From NCBI GenBank assembly GCA_963675525.2, contig CAXXSL010000013.1, positions 544,001 to 608,000 of the forward strand: a stretch of 64,000 bases of DNA. The letters run 5' to 3'. Shown here in pieces: positions 32,816 to 42,348 of the stretch. The notes beneath the pieces are model-generated. The model ran no database searches. It was not told the DNA's origin and saw only the letters and a program-made list of their open reading frames with translations. The DNA comes from Anaerohalosphaeraceae bacterium. GTDB taxonomy: Bacteria > Planctomycetota > Phycisphaerae > Sedimentisphaerales > Anaerohalosphaeraceae. The position numbers and the translations under genes are program-made. How positions within the stretch are numbered: the stretch's first letter is position 1; each line of letters begins with the position of its first letter.

Positions 32816-33406
32816 CTAAGCCGCCCCGACCTTCACTTCGGTCACCAACTGCTGTGTTGCCGGCGACTGTTTTCGCTGGGCTTCTTTGAAGAGGTCGGAT
32901 TGTTCGGGATAGAGCTGTTTGAATAATTCATTGCCATTGATAATCTCTTTTAGCGCTTTGGATTTTTCGCGGGCGGTTTTTAAATACCCCGCAATCCGCA
33001 CACCATATACACCGCCAACCAACCCCGCCAGCGCAATCCCTAATTCCATCGCGCTGTCGGCCAGCGTCCACACATCCGGACGCCTGGCCGCATCTGCTGC
33101 AGCGCTTATCGCCAGAGCCTCCGCATTTGACAACGCCGGCATTGATTCCGGCAGGCCGTAGTCGATCACAAACGCCTCGCTTTGTTGATGCGCCAATGCC
33201 GTCAATCCGCACAACTGCGACGAGACGTTTTCATCGGCGGCGGTTTCAGCCGCCATCGCGCAAACCTGTTCATGCAGCCAGGCATTTTGCTTTTGCGCTT
33301 CCGTGGCCGCAAACCGAAATCCGTCACAGCCACATAATAACAACATTATACAGGCCGCCAAACTGATCACTGATAACTGCTTACTTCTCACTGGTAACTG
33401 ATTCAT
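32816..33406 (-). CDS. Hypothetical lipoprotein with internal TM segment (candidate member of the dispersed phage-like set)
   Basis: Lipobox LCGC; TM LGIALAGLVGGVYGV; AAAGGAG RBS; lone minus-strand gene between plus-strand blocks. Confidence 0.65.
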   Translation of the reverse strand: MNQLPVRSKQLSVISLAACIMLLLCGCDGFRFAATEAQKQNAWLHEQVCAMAAETAADENVSSQLCGLTALAHQQSEAFVIDYGLPESMPALSNAEALAISAAADAARRPDVWTLADSAMELGIALAGLVGGVYGVRIAGYLKTAREKSKALKEIINGNELFKQLYPEQSDLFKEAQRKQSPATQQLVTEVKVGAA

Positions 33407-33427
33407 TTCCTGCTCCTTTCTCTCGTT

Positions 33428-33498
33428 GTCATCCTGAGTGAAACGAAGGATCTCCCCACCAACGCAGCGCAAAGATTCTTCACTTCGTTCAAAATGAC
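33428..33498. repeat. REP-like palindromic element
   Basis: GTCATCCTGAGTGAAACGAAGGATCT...AGATTCTTCACTTCGTTCAAAATGAC imperfect inverted repeat. Confidence 0.6.
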
Positions 33499-33766
33499 GG
33501 TTATTTAGTCCATATAGGGGGCGACAGGTAAATACCGCCCCCTGTAAATCCCGTTAATCCCGTCTAAAAATCCATTCTGTGTAAATCCATATAATCCGCG
33601 GTTTCATGGGTGAAATCTGACAATACTGGCGCTTTTTTATAAATATTGAACAATTTCCCCCCAAAAGAGTATAAATGTTGACTTACACCTGCGAGTTGAT
33701 ATCGTTGATAAGCAAGAGGTTTAATATCAAAATTGAAACCGTCTTTAAATGGATAGGAGAAACAAA

Positions 33767-34006
33767 ATGACCATCCGCAAAACACTTCTTTTAACCCTGA
33801 TTGTCGCGATTGCTTCGCTTGGCCTGACAGGTTGCAAGGAGAAGAGTGACCATTCAACCGCCGACCATCCCACCAAAGAGGCCGTGGTTGAACAGGCAAA
33901 CGAAGCAGCCGATCAGGCTGCAGAAACAGCCGAAGAAGCCGAAGAAACGGTGGAGAAAGCGGCCGCTGAACATCCAACCGAACACCCGACTGAACATCCG
34001 AAATAA
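33767..34006 (+). CDS. Small lipoprotein with EHP repeats
   Basis: Lipobox LTGC; C-terminal EHPTEHPTEHPK. Confidence 0.75.
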   Translation: MTIRKTLLLTLIVAIASLGLTGCKEKSDHSTADHPTKEAVVEQANEAADQAAETAEEAEETVEKAAAEHPTEHPTEHPK

Positions 34007-34018
34007 CGAAACGGCAGT

Positions 34019-35401
34019 ATGCAGTTTAGAAAAGTGAGAATGATCATGAGCTGGCGAATGCTAATACCAGCAGCCGTTGTTGTCTGCATGGCACTAAACG
34101 GTTGTGATAAGCCGTCGAACCCCGAACAAGATGACCTTGCCGCCTCGGTACCGAATGTGATCACAGCCGATATTCAGGCCGGCATCGAAAAACACATCGA
34201 CGAACAATCCCGTATCGGCAATGGTTTCTTTACGCTCGACTATGAGGGCAACCAACTCAAACTCAAACTGGTTCGCGTCCACACTGAGTACCTGGCCAAT
34301 CTGGGGCCGCGCAGTCATTTCGCTTGTGTGGATATGGCCACCTCCGATGGCGATGTGTATGACGTGGACTTTTTTCTGGCCGGTGACCCGGGGGCGATGA
34401 CCGTCACCGAAACCACCGTCCACAAGTTCAACGGTCAGCCCTATTATGTCTGGAAACAAAGTCGCGACAAAACCTGGCACCGCGCCGCTTTCGAGGACGC
34501 CCCGCCGGAAGTACTCGGCGCCATCAAAGGCAGCGACCAATTCGAGTTTCTCTACCGAGCGACGCTGCCGGAACTAACCGACGCAGCCCGAATGTGGATT
34601 CCCATCCCGACAACGGACGCTTTCCAGACCGTTGAGGTCACATCCATCAAGGCCCCGGGCAAATCGCAAATGCTGAAAGATTCTGAATACGGAAACAGTG
34701 TCCTGTTTTTGACACTGGGCACCGAAGACAGCGGTAAAACCGTCGAAATTCGCTGCAAGGTACACCGTCTTGAGAAAGGCGTTTACGAGTCCAAGGCTGA
34801 CGACCCGAAACAATACCTCAATCCTGAAAGTATGGTTCCCGCCGACGACCGATTCCGCGAGATCGCCGGAGAAGTCGTTGAGGGAAAAACCGGCGACCTG
34901 GTGCGCGCCCGTGCCCTGTATGACCATGTCATCAAGCGCATGCGCTACGCAAAGGCCGGCACCGGCTGGGGAAAAGGCGATGCCGTCTATGCCTGTGACG
35001 CACGCAGCGGCAACTGTACCGATTTTCATTCCTACTTCATCGCGTTGTGCAGGTCGGTCGGCATTCCCGCACGCTTTGCCATCGGGGTCGCTATTCCGTC
35101 CGAACGGAACGAAGGCGCCGCCGACGGCTATCATTGCTGGGCAGAGTTCTACACCGACAGCAAGTGGTGGCCCGTCGATATCAGCGAGGGCGACAAGTGC
35201 TCGCCCCTGTCCACTTACTACTTCGGCCACCATCCGGCCAACCGCGTGGAACTAAGCCGCGGCAGAGACCTCGTACTCGACCCGGGCCCGGCTTCCGGCC
35301 CCATCAACTTCCTGGCCTACCCCGTTCTGGAGATCGGCACAACACCCGCAAAGGCCAAAGTGATCTTTGCCTTCAACCGAACCGCACCCGACAAACGTTA
35401 A
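34019..35401 (+). CDS. Transglutaminase-like domain lipoprotein
   Basis: GNCTDFHSYFIALCR..GIPARF, YHCWAEFY, W.PVD catalytic triad motifs. Confidence 0.88.
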   Translation: MQFRKVRMIMSWRMLIPAAVVVCMALNGCDKPSNPEQDDLAASVPNVITADIQAGIEKHIDEQSRIGNGFFTLDYEGNQLKLKLVRVHTEYLANLGPRSHFACVDMATSDGDVYDVDFFLAGDPGAMTVTETTVHKFNGQPYYVWKQSRDKTWHRAAFEDAPPEVLGAIKGSDQFEFLYRATLPELTDAARMWIPIPTTDAFQTVEVTSIKAPGKSQMLKDSEYGNSVLFLTLGTEDSGKTVEIRCKVHRLEKGVYESKADDPKQYLNPESMVPADDRFREIAGEVVEGKTGDLVRARALYDHVIKRMRYAKAGTGWGKGDAVYACDARSGNCTDFHSYFIALCRSVGIPARFAIGVAIPSERNEGAADGYHCWAEFYTDSKWWPVDISEGDKCSPLSTYYFGHHPANRVELSRGRDLVLDPGPASGPINFLAYPVLEIGTTPAKAKVIFAFNRTAPDKR

Positions 35402-35764
35402 GGAAAGAAGAAACGCAACCGTCTATACCGTCATCCCGAATCCCGAAGGAATGAAAGTGAATTAGCCGGATGCGTCAGCCTCCGGTGAATTGAATCGAAA
35501 AATCCCATAGCCCTAAATGGGCAATATAGTATTCACAGTTGAGTTTAAGCCGCCGCAGGCGGTGTAATGTTGTAGCCACGGGCGTCAGTCCGTGGAGAAA
35601 ATGGGCATTCCAACCGTAAGAGCCCGCGTAGCGGGCGACATAAATAACCGAACACAATACCGTCCCCTGCGGGGACTCAATAAGAATTGCCACATCCCTT
35701 CCCACACCCTCACGGGTGTGGCTACAACATGCCGCCCTCCGGGCTGAAAAACTTACCCCTTGCC
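35283..35764 (+). repeat. Direct repeat A, copy 1 (transglutaminase 3' end plus REP array)
   Basis: Near-identical to 37038..37520 with a handful of substitutions and one indel. Confidence 0.92.
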
Positions 35765-35821
35765 GGCCCCTCTTGTACCCGCTATACTATCAACCAACAA
35801 AATCAATTTGGAAAGAATACC

Positions 35822-36211
35822 ATGAAAACCAAATGCCCGCATTGCAAACATCTGTTTGAAGTTGAAGATGAGTTCAAAAGCAAAGACGTTTATTGCCATA
35901 GTTGCAAGCGATCTTTTGAAGCTGAGTCATATCTTGATGAAGTTGCTGCGAATTTACAGAAAGATGCCCAGGAAATCCCCAACCCTCCTCTGTTTGAACA
36001 CTCCAGCTCTGGTATTCGATCTTGCGGCACTTTCTTGGTTGTTGGTGGTGTCCTGTGCGGAATTTTTCTAAACGGGATGGCCGGCCTCATCGCTTTCATC
36101 GGTGGTGCTATCATGATTGCTCTGGGAAGTATTCTGAAGCGACTTGAGCATATCGATCAAAATATCGAAAAAATGCACTCCGAGACAAATTCCAGAAAAC
36201 CGGATTCTTAA
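35822..36211 (+). CDS. Zinc-ribbon membrane protein
   Basis: CPHC...CHSC followed by two TM helices. Confidence 0.72.
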   Translation: MKTKCPHCKHLFEVEDEFKSKDVYCHSCKRSFEAESYLDEVAANLQKDAQEIPNPPLFEHSSSGIRSCGTFLVVGGVLCGIFLNGMAGLIAFIGGAIMIALGSILKRLEHIDQNIEKMHSETNSRKPDS

Positions 36212-36282
36212 ATTCCACCCAATATCAAATCTCCGGCAGCAATACTATTGACCAGCAAAACCAAACAAAAAGGAATAAAACC

Positions 36283-36924
36283 ATGACAAAAAAGGAATTC
36301 ATCTGGCTGGTGATACGATTTCTCGGCATCTTTAAACTGATTCTTTCATTGCGAGTGATCCTTAATGCACTCCCTTCTTTTGTTCCATTGCTGACACTTC
36401 TGCCTCCACTCGGTGCGTCAGAACAAGTTGTCTTTTTCGGTTTACTGGGTATATTACTGGACGCGGTCGTTGATATACTGATTGTGATTTACCTGCTCTT
36501 CTTCGGTAAAACCATCTTCAAAATCGTCCATCGAACATCAAATCAGACTTTAGAGGCCGTCTTAGAAAAACAGGACTATATTGAAATACTTATTCGTTTC
36601 ATTGGCTTCTGGTGGCTGTGGAAAATTGTTCTTCGGATATACCACCTGATAAGTGGATGCCTGTTGATCTTTGTTTTTTCACACCCGGAAAGGTTTCTGC
36701 TGGCAAATTATATCGATCAGGAAATGTCCGACAAGTTCATGACCAAAGTCGTGGAACTTACCCGGCAAAATATAGCGTGGTACACTCCGGCCTATATTCT
36801 GCTCTATGCGGCATTGGCTTGGTACTTCCTGAAACACGGCAGACTTTTCATCAATGTCTTAAACCGCCTCTGGCTTGGAAAAAACACAGAAAACCTGAAC
36901 CAAAATCCCGTTGATCCCGTCTAA
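36283..36924 (+). CDS. Hypothetical membrane protein with internal duplication
   Basis: Repeated units IRFLG...YLLFFGKTIFKIVHR and IRFIG...YFLKHGRLFINVLNR. Confidence 0.7.
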   Translation: MTKKEFIWLVIRFLGIFKLILSLRVILNALPSFVPLLTLLPPLGASEQVVFFGLLGILLDAVVDILIVIYLLFFGKTIFKIVHRTSNQTLEAVLEKQDYIEILIRFIGFWWLWKIVLRIYHLISGCLLIFVFSHPERFLLANYIDQEMSDKFMTKVVELTRQNIAWYTPAYILLYAALAWYFLKHGRLFINVLNRLWLGKNTENLNQNPVDPV

Positions 36925-36937
36925 AAAAATCAGTGTG

Positions 36938-37047
36938 AATCCGCGATGTATTAATCACCGAGGTCAATATCATACTCGCCCAGCTTTAGCGGATACTGGC
37001 CATACTCGCGGACCAGCTTGACGATCATATCATACGTCGGGCCCGGC
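36938..37047 (-). repeat. Direct repeat B, copy 1 (orphan 3' end of the UroD-like gene)
   Basis: Matches 38449..38558 with about two differences. Confidence 0.92.
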
Positions 37048-37520
37048 TTCCGGCCCCATCAACTTCCTGGCCTACCCCGTCCTGGAGATCGGCACAACAC
37101 CCGCAAAAGCCAAAGTGATCTTTGCCTTCAACCGAACCGCACCCGACAAACGTTAAGGTAAAGAAGAAACGCAACCGTCTATACCGTCATCCCGAATCCC
37201 GAAGGAATGAAAGTGAATTAGCCGGATGCGTCAGCCTCCGGTGAATTGAAACGAAAAATCCCATAGCCCTAAATGGGCAATATAGTATTCACAGTTGAGT
37301 TTAAGCCGCCGCAGGCGGTGTAATGTTGTAGCCACGGGCGTCAGTCCGTGGAGGAAATGGGCATTCCAACCCTAAGAGCCCGCGTAGCGGGCGACATAAA
37401 TAACCGAACACAATACCGTCCCCTGCGGGGACTCAATAAGAATTGCCACATCCCTTCCCACACCCTCACGGGTGTGGCTACAACATGCCGCCCTCCGGGC
37501 TGAAAAACTTACCCCTTGCC
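37038..37520 (+). repeat. Direct repeat A, copy 2
   Basis: See copy 1; joined to repeat B through a CGG(G/C)CCCGGC microhomology. Confidence 0.92.
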
Positions 37521-37575
37521 CGGATAATAATCGGCGGTTATACTACTTTAATATAACTAAAGAGGACATGTAGAT

Positions 37576-38385
37576 ATGAAACAATATTTCCGAGAAATAA
37601 ACCTATCTGTCTTGATGTTGTTATTGATACTTTCGGCAGGATTCACAATTCTTTGCTTTTTCACCTCTGCTAATTATCATCACTTCGATTATTATATTTT
37701 ATTCTATGGAATCGCTCTCATATTGTCTCTGATATGTGCAATCAAAATCAGAAAAATCTGCAAGCCAATATGGATACTCACCCTTATTTGGATTATTTTT
37801 CTACTTCATAATTTCGTTTTTATCCGAGACCTTTATCTTACCCCCGCTTTTTTTATTTTCTATGTTATTGTTTTGACAGTCCTCTGGTCTTATATTACAT
37901 ATTTTTCCCTTTTCAATCCTCAAAAAAAGTATTGTTTAATTGGGTGGCTCGGGATTTTTATCGTTCTGAATTTATTAACAGGATGGGTTGCATGGTTTTC
38001 AGGAGACAATATCCTTTCCAAAAAACACGCTCAGAATTTGCTTATCTGCCGCGAAAAAACTTTGCAGATTGTCGAACGCATTCAAGAATACCAGCAAACA
38101 TATGGTATATTCCCCCAAGCACTCGACCAAATGAATCTATCATCGGAACTGACAACTCTTCCGGCAACAGAATTTGAATATCAGGCTGAAAGCAATATTT
38201 ATTTTTCTTTGGGCTTCGATGATATTTTACTTACCAGCATTCACTGGCCGGAAAGATATGAATACGAATATGTTAAAATTGATAGTGAACCCATGAGAGA
38301 TGGCTGGGAACATGATCCCCTTGAGACGATTCACACTCTCGATGCCTCTATCATCCCGGAACATCAGAAATCGAAAGATTATTAA
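37576..38385 (+). CDS. AT-rich hypothetical membrane protein
   Basis: About five TM helices; C-terminal I.EYQQTYG.FPQ.L pilin-like helix; visibly lower GC than flanks. Confidence 0.7.
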   Translation: MKQYFREINLSVLMLLLILSAGFTILCFFTSANYHHFDYYILFYGIALILSLICAIKIRKICKPIWILTLIWIIFLLHNFVFIRDLYLTPAFFIFYVIVLTVLWSYITYFSLFNPQKKYCLIGWLGIFIVLNLLTGWVAWFSGDNILSKKHAQNLLICREKTLQIVERIQEYQQTYGIFPQALDQMNLSSELTTLPATEFEYQAESNIYFSLGFDDILLTSIHWPERYEYEYVKIDSEPMRDGWEHDPLETIHTLDASIIPEHQKSKDY

Positions 38386-38461
38386 AGCTAATATCCTGAA
38401 AACGATGGCACCGCTAAGCTCATAAAAAAGATCCGTTTAAATCTGCGCAATCCGCGATGTA

Positions 38462-39670
38462 TTAATCACCGAGGTCAATATCATACTCGCCCAGCTTTAG
38501 CGGATACTGGCCATACTCGCGAACCAGCTTGACGATCATATCATACGTCGGCCCCGGCACATCGCTGGCCACGGAATGATCGGACTGGAAGATATAGCCG
38601 CCGCCTTTTGCGGCGTTGAGTTTGCGCAGCACTTCGACGCGGATGGCCTCCTCGTCGGCGGTCTCCCACACCTGCATATTGCTGTTGCCGCAGATGCCCA
38701 GTTTGTTCCCATACTCCCTGCGCAGGTCCACCGCGTCCAGTCCCGCCTTGGCCTCCAGCGGATTCATCGCATCGATCCCGATCTCGATATAATCGGGCAG
38801 AATCGCATTGACATTGCCGCACCCGTGGTAAATCACCATCAGCCCCTGCGCATGCGCGTAATCGGCAATCGCTTTAACCGTCGGCTTGAAATACTGCCGC
38901 CAGTAGTCGGGGGAGAAAAACATATTGTTCTTGTATGCTACATCGCCCCAGATGACGAATCCGTCCAGAAGCCCTTTGGCCGCGTCGATCTGTGCTTTGG
39001 CACATTCAAGATAAAACGCCCCGATCCGGTTGATCACCTTGCCCATCCGCTCGGGGTACATCCCGATCCAGAGCATATTATTAGCCGGGCCGATCAGCCG
39101 CGTCAGGCATTCATTGCTCTCGATGATACTGCCGAACACCGGAAAATCCGGCCGCAGCGACTGCACCGTCTCGATCCACGCCGGCGAATTCCGCTCAAAC
39201 CCGTCCCCCACGCCGGCGATCTGGTTGTCGCCCGCTTCAAAATAACGCCGCCGGTCCCAGGGATCGTCAAATTCCAGAGCTTCGAGTTTTTCAATCGTAT
39301 CGGCATCGAATCCGATAAACTCCGGCATTGGTGCATTAAACTTTTTCCGCATCACCGCCCCGAAGCCGGTTTTTACAATGACCTGCTCGTCGCTTTCTTC
39401 CAGCATTTCAAACGGCCGGATAAACGGGTCCATATTCGGCACCGTCACGATCCAGTCCAGGTCGTAATGATAATACGGATTCGCATCATCAGGCAGATTC
39501 AGTTCGTTGCGCCAGCGTTTTATAAATCCGCCCCAGAAAAAATCGCTGATCGGCACCCGGTCCGGTTCTTCGTGCCGCAGCGTCGTCCGCATCCGCTCCA
39601 GTTTCGCCAGTGTGCTCGCCTTGCGGCCTCCCTGGTCACCGCCTTGTCCCGTCGTATCAAACATGCCCAT
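38462..39670 (-). CDS. Uroporphyrinogen decarboxylase-family protein
   Basis: EPDRVP, WGDVAY, YHGCG, NPLE, GGGYIFQSDHSV. Confidence 0.88.
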   Translation of the reverse strand: MGMFDTTGQGGDQGGRKASTLAKLERMRTTLRHEEPDRVPISDFFWGGFIKRWRNELNLPDDANPYYHYDLDWIVTVPNMDPFIRPFEMLEESDEQVIVKTGFGAVMRKKFNAPMPEFIGFDADTIEKLEALEFDDPWDRRRYFEAGDNQIAGVGDGFERNSPAWIETVQSLRPDFPVFGSIIESNECLTRLIGPANNMLWIGMYPERMGKVINRIGAFYLECAKAQIDAAKGLLDGFVIWGDVAYKNNMFFSPDYWRQYFKPTVKAIADYAHAQGLMVIYHGCGNVNAILPDYIEIGIDAMNPLEAKAGLDAVDLRREYGNKLGICGNSNMQVWETADEEAIRVEVLRKLNAAKGGGYIFQSDHSVASDVPGPTYDMIVKLVREYGQYPLKLGEYDIDLGD

Positions 39671-39703
39671 GAATCTGTCTCCAGATTGTTTTTTCTCGTC
39701 GAT

Positions 39704-40807
39704 TTATTTCATTAAAACTACTTCAACCGCTTCACTCGCCTGCAGGCCAAGGTAGTTGCCGTAGGTCAATAACAGCACCGAGACCATCAGCACCAGCAAT
39801 CCCAACACGATCACGATGCGTGTACGAACCGAACAGCCCTTCCACTCGCGGAACAGGATGCCGGTCAGGTTGCTGAAAAGCACCAGCATAATCATGTGAA
39901 TCGCCCAGCTTGTAAATTCATACTGCCCCATCCGTACATGCCCGAGATTATAAAAGAAGAACTGGCCGTACCACAGCGTCCCGGTCAATATCGCAAAGAT
40001 ATAATTACGCACCAGGCTGGCCCGTTCGGAACCGTCTTTGAGACGGACAAATTCACCGAACGAACGATTTTTCCGCGCCAGATAGATACAATAAATCATC
40101 GAGGTCACGAAGGCCCCGGTGTTGGCCGTCAGGTAAGCGACGTTCCCCTTCCAGTGTCCCGCTCCGTAAGACTCGGCGATCGCGATCACCGGCTTGGACA
40201 CATCCAGTGCAAATCCGTACACCGCCGAAAGCACGCCCGCCACCAGCGACAACCCCAACCCTTTGAGCAGATTGAACTCGCCCGTTCCCGAAGACTGCTG
40301 CGTCAGGTCCCGTTCTTTAAGCCGGCCGGCAATGCCGCAGACAGCAATTCCCAACGCACCGACGGCCACGCCGGACAGGACCCAGCCGGAGCCGGTCTTT
40401 GATAAAATTGTTCCAAATTCTCCGCGCACCAGCGGCGGCACGAGTGTGCCCAATATCGCCGAAAGCCCTACCGCGATGGCATACGTCAGCGCAAAGCCGA
40501 TGTAACGAATGGACAGATTGAATGCGATCCCGCCAACGCCGTACGCCATGCTGAATAAAAACGACCACACAAGAGCCATTGGACAATCGCGTACTGCATC
40601 CCCCATGACGTTTGCCAAATCCGGAATCGTCAGCATCGCCCCGATGATCGGCCACAGCAGCCAGCACCACACCGCCTGAATCATCCAAAACGTTTCCCAT
40701 GACCACCGGCGTACTAATTTCTGCGGCGCATAACAATTCGCCGCCAGCGTCGCCCCGATGCCGTGCAGTCCGGTCCCCAGCAGTGGATTGGGAGCTATTG
40801 GAATCAT
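39704..40807 (-). CDS. rhaT: L-rhamnose/H+ symporter RhaT family
   Basis: WSWE.FW, RYIGFAL...I.VG...LGTL.PP, LWYGQFFFY.LG, SWAIHM, EWKG. Confidence 0.85.
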   Translation of the reverse strand: MIPIAPNPLLGTGLHGIGATLAANCYAPQKLVRRWSWETFWMIQAVWCWLLWPIIGAMLTIPDLANVMGDAVRDCPMALVWSFLFSMAYGVGGIAFNLSIRYIGFALTYAIAVGLSAILGTLVPPLVRGEFGTILSKTGSGWVLSGVAVGALGIAVCGIAGRLKERDLTQQSSGTGEFNLLKGLGLSLVAGVLSAVYGFALDVSKPVIAIAESYGAGHWKGNVAYLTANTGAFVTSMIYCIYLARKNRSFGEFVRLKDGSERASLVRNYIFAILTGTLWYGQFFFYNLGHVRMGQYEFTSWAIHMIMLVLFSNLTGILFREWKGCSVRTRIVIVLGLLVLMVSVLLLTYGNYLGLQASEAVEVVLMK

Positions 40808-40859
40808 CGATCCATCCTTTCAATAACCTCGCTGCTTACAGACAGCTATTTATGTGTGA

Positions 40860-41198
40860 TTAATCGCAATGAAAAACCTCGTCCATCGATGCCCACCATT
40901 CGTTTTCGGCGCGATCCGCAAACGGCTCATGGCAGGGTTTGCAGACATCCCACCACTTTTGTGTCGTCGGGTCCGCCGCCATCACCGCCATGTCCGCATC
41001 AAAATCATCCCCTGTATATTCAAAATAGCTGAACAGATAATACTTTCCATCCGGCAGCTTTCTCAAATAAATCGAATAATTCTGAATATGACACTGCTCA
41101 ATCATCGCCAGCACATCGGGCCAGACATCGGCATGCAGCCGGACATACTCATCCAGTTTCTCCGGCTTGACCTCTATGACACTTCCAAAACGCTTCAT
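40860..41198 (-). CDS. rhaM: L-rhamnose mutarotase
   Basis: EY..LHA.VWP, NYSIYL, LFSYFEY, QKWW, WW..MDEVFH. Confidence 0.88.
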   Translation of the reverse strand: MKRFGSVIEVKPEKLDEYVRLHADVWPDVLAMIEQCHIQNYSIYLRKLPDGKYYLFSYFEYTGDDFDADMAVMAADPTTQKWWDVCKPCHEPFADRAENEWWASMDEVFHCD

Positions 41199-41279
41199 GG
41201 GCCTCCTTTCATTTAAGCGAGTTATTATTACTGCATGCGAAGTATTATAAGGCAATGCAATCCAACTTGTCAACATTAT

Positions 41280-41543
41280 TTATCGTGTCATTTCCGCTTC
41301 ACTATTTTGTTCGATACCGCGCAGACGGTATTCGTGGGCAATGGTCTTTTCCTGCAATTCGTCCAGTTTTTCACAGAATTTCTCCTGTGTTGTCAATAGC
41401 TGTTTGACATCATGGCTGACGATATCGAGCTGCCGCTGCAGGTTCACCCAACTGCCCACGATCAGCCCCGCCAGCGTCAGCAACTGCACCAGCACCGACA
41501 CACTAACCCGCCGCTCCAACCGCCAGCGTTTATTTCGTTCCAT
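41280..41543 (-). CDS. Small TM plus coiled-coil protein (phage-type; holin/XhlA-like shape)
   Basis: 87 aa, one TM (VSVSVLVQLLTLAGLIVGSW) then coiled coil ending HEYRLRGIE; 30 bp downstream of the connector-like gene. Confidence 0.6.
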   Translation of the reverse strand: MERNKRWRLERRVSVSVLVQLLTLAGLIVGSWVNLQRQLDIVSHDVKQLLTTQEKFCEKLDELQEKTIAHEYRLRGIEQNSEAEMTR

Positions 41544-41572
41544 AATTAACTCCCTTCGGAAAAGATCGACGA

Positions 41573-42232
41573 TTATTTCCTCACCAAACAAATCACACCC
41601 GGCCGGATTGTTTGTTCCGCATCGCCATCGTTGTCGGTGTCGATCTTGACTTGTACGCGTGCGACCGCCTCGGCGAACCGCAACCGGTAGTATTGGCCCT
41701 TGATGTCCAGCACATCCTGTCCATCCAGCCCCTCATACTGTGCCTGAAAAATCAACATCAGAATACCAAAAACGGACGCCTGTCGAAGCGAGTCGGCGTT
41801 GACAATATCATCAACGCTGTACTCGGCCGCCGAACACCCCGGCGACAATGCAAGCCGCTGCGAAATCTGCCACAACACCTCGTAGCCTTGCGCCGCGTAG
41901 CTGATAATTCGCCACGTCAGCCCCGACGCCGAACCAATCGGAGTCGCCGCCTGCTCATCGCTTGGGCGCACGACCGACACCGTCAAATGCCCCGCATCGA
42001 GAACAGAAACGATTTCAAACGCCCCCTTGATCGCCCCGTCCGTACTCTCCAGCCAGATGACCCCGCCGGCCGCAGCACCGGAAGATATGAAATCCACACC
42101 TGCCGCGGTGAACTGCGTGCCCGCGACAATGCCGTTGTCACCGCCGCAAAGTACCTGTGACGATAAAAACCACGAACCGAACACATTCGGCTCAAACTTC
42201 ATCAAATCCACATCGCTCGAAAACGCATTCAT
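41573..42232 (-). CDS. Putative phage head-completion/connector-like protein
   Basis: N-terminal FSSDVDLMKFEP; helical C-terminus LRQASVFG.L..IF...K..YY...F....ID.D.DG; next minus-strand gene after the capsid. Confidence 0.5.
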   Translation of the reverse strand: MNAFSSDVDLMKFEPNVFGSWFLSSQVLCGGDNGIVAGTQFTAAGVDFISSGAAAGGVIWLESTDGAIKGAFEIVSVLDAGHLTVSVVRPSDEQAATPIGSASGLTWRIISYAAQGYEVLWQISQRLALSPGCSAAEYSVDDIVNADSLRQASVFGILMLIFQAQYEGLDGQDVLDIKGQYYRLRFAEAVARVQVKIDTDNDGDAEQTIRPGVICLVRK

Positions 42233-42281
42233 AATAATCTCCTTTCCTGATTTTTGAATAAACGGATTATTTAAAACGTCG

Positions 42282-42310
42282 TTGACACATTTCGCCAAAG
42301 CATCTATGAT
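42282..42310 (+). promoter_or_regulatory. Sigma70 promoter of the GH97 gene
   Basis: TTGACA-N17-TATGAT. Confidence 0.6.
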
Positions 42311-42348
42311 AGGCCCCGCACAAAAAACATAACTGAAAGGTCTTTCTC

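Noticed and set aside
33547..33600. AATCCCGTTAATCCCGTCTAAAAA-type 9-bp periodic motifs (also ~9152, ~36903, ~38431)
   Set aside because: Short degenerate intergenic repeats with no associated gene here; no function can be supported from the sequence.
35283..38558. Integron cassette array
   Set aside because: The repeats are copies of the flanking gene ends plus REPs rather than attC sites between each gene, and no integron integrase is present.
38576..39715. Long alternative ORFs (also 31933..32814, 43216..44148, 6231..6938)
   Set aside because: Antisense shadows of well-supported genes in GC-rich coding DNA.
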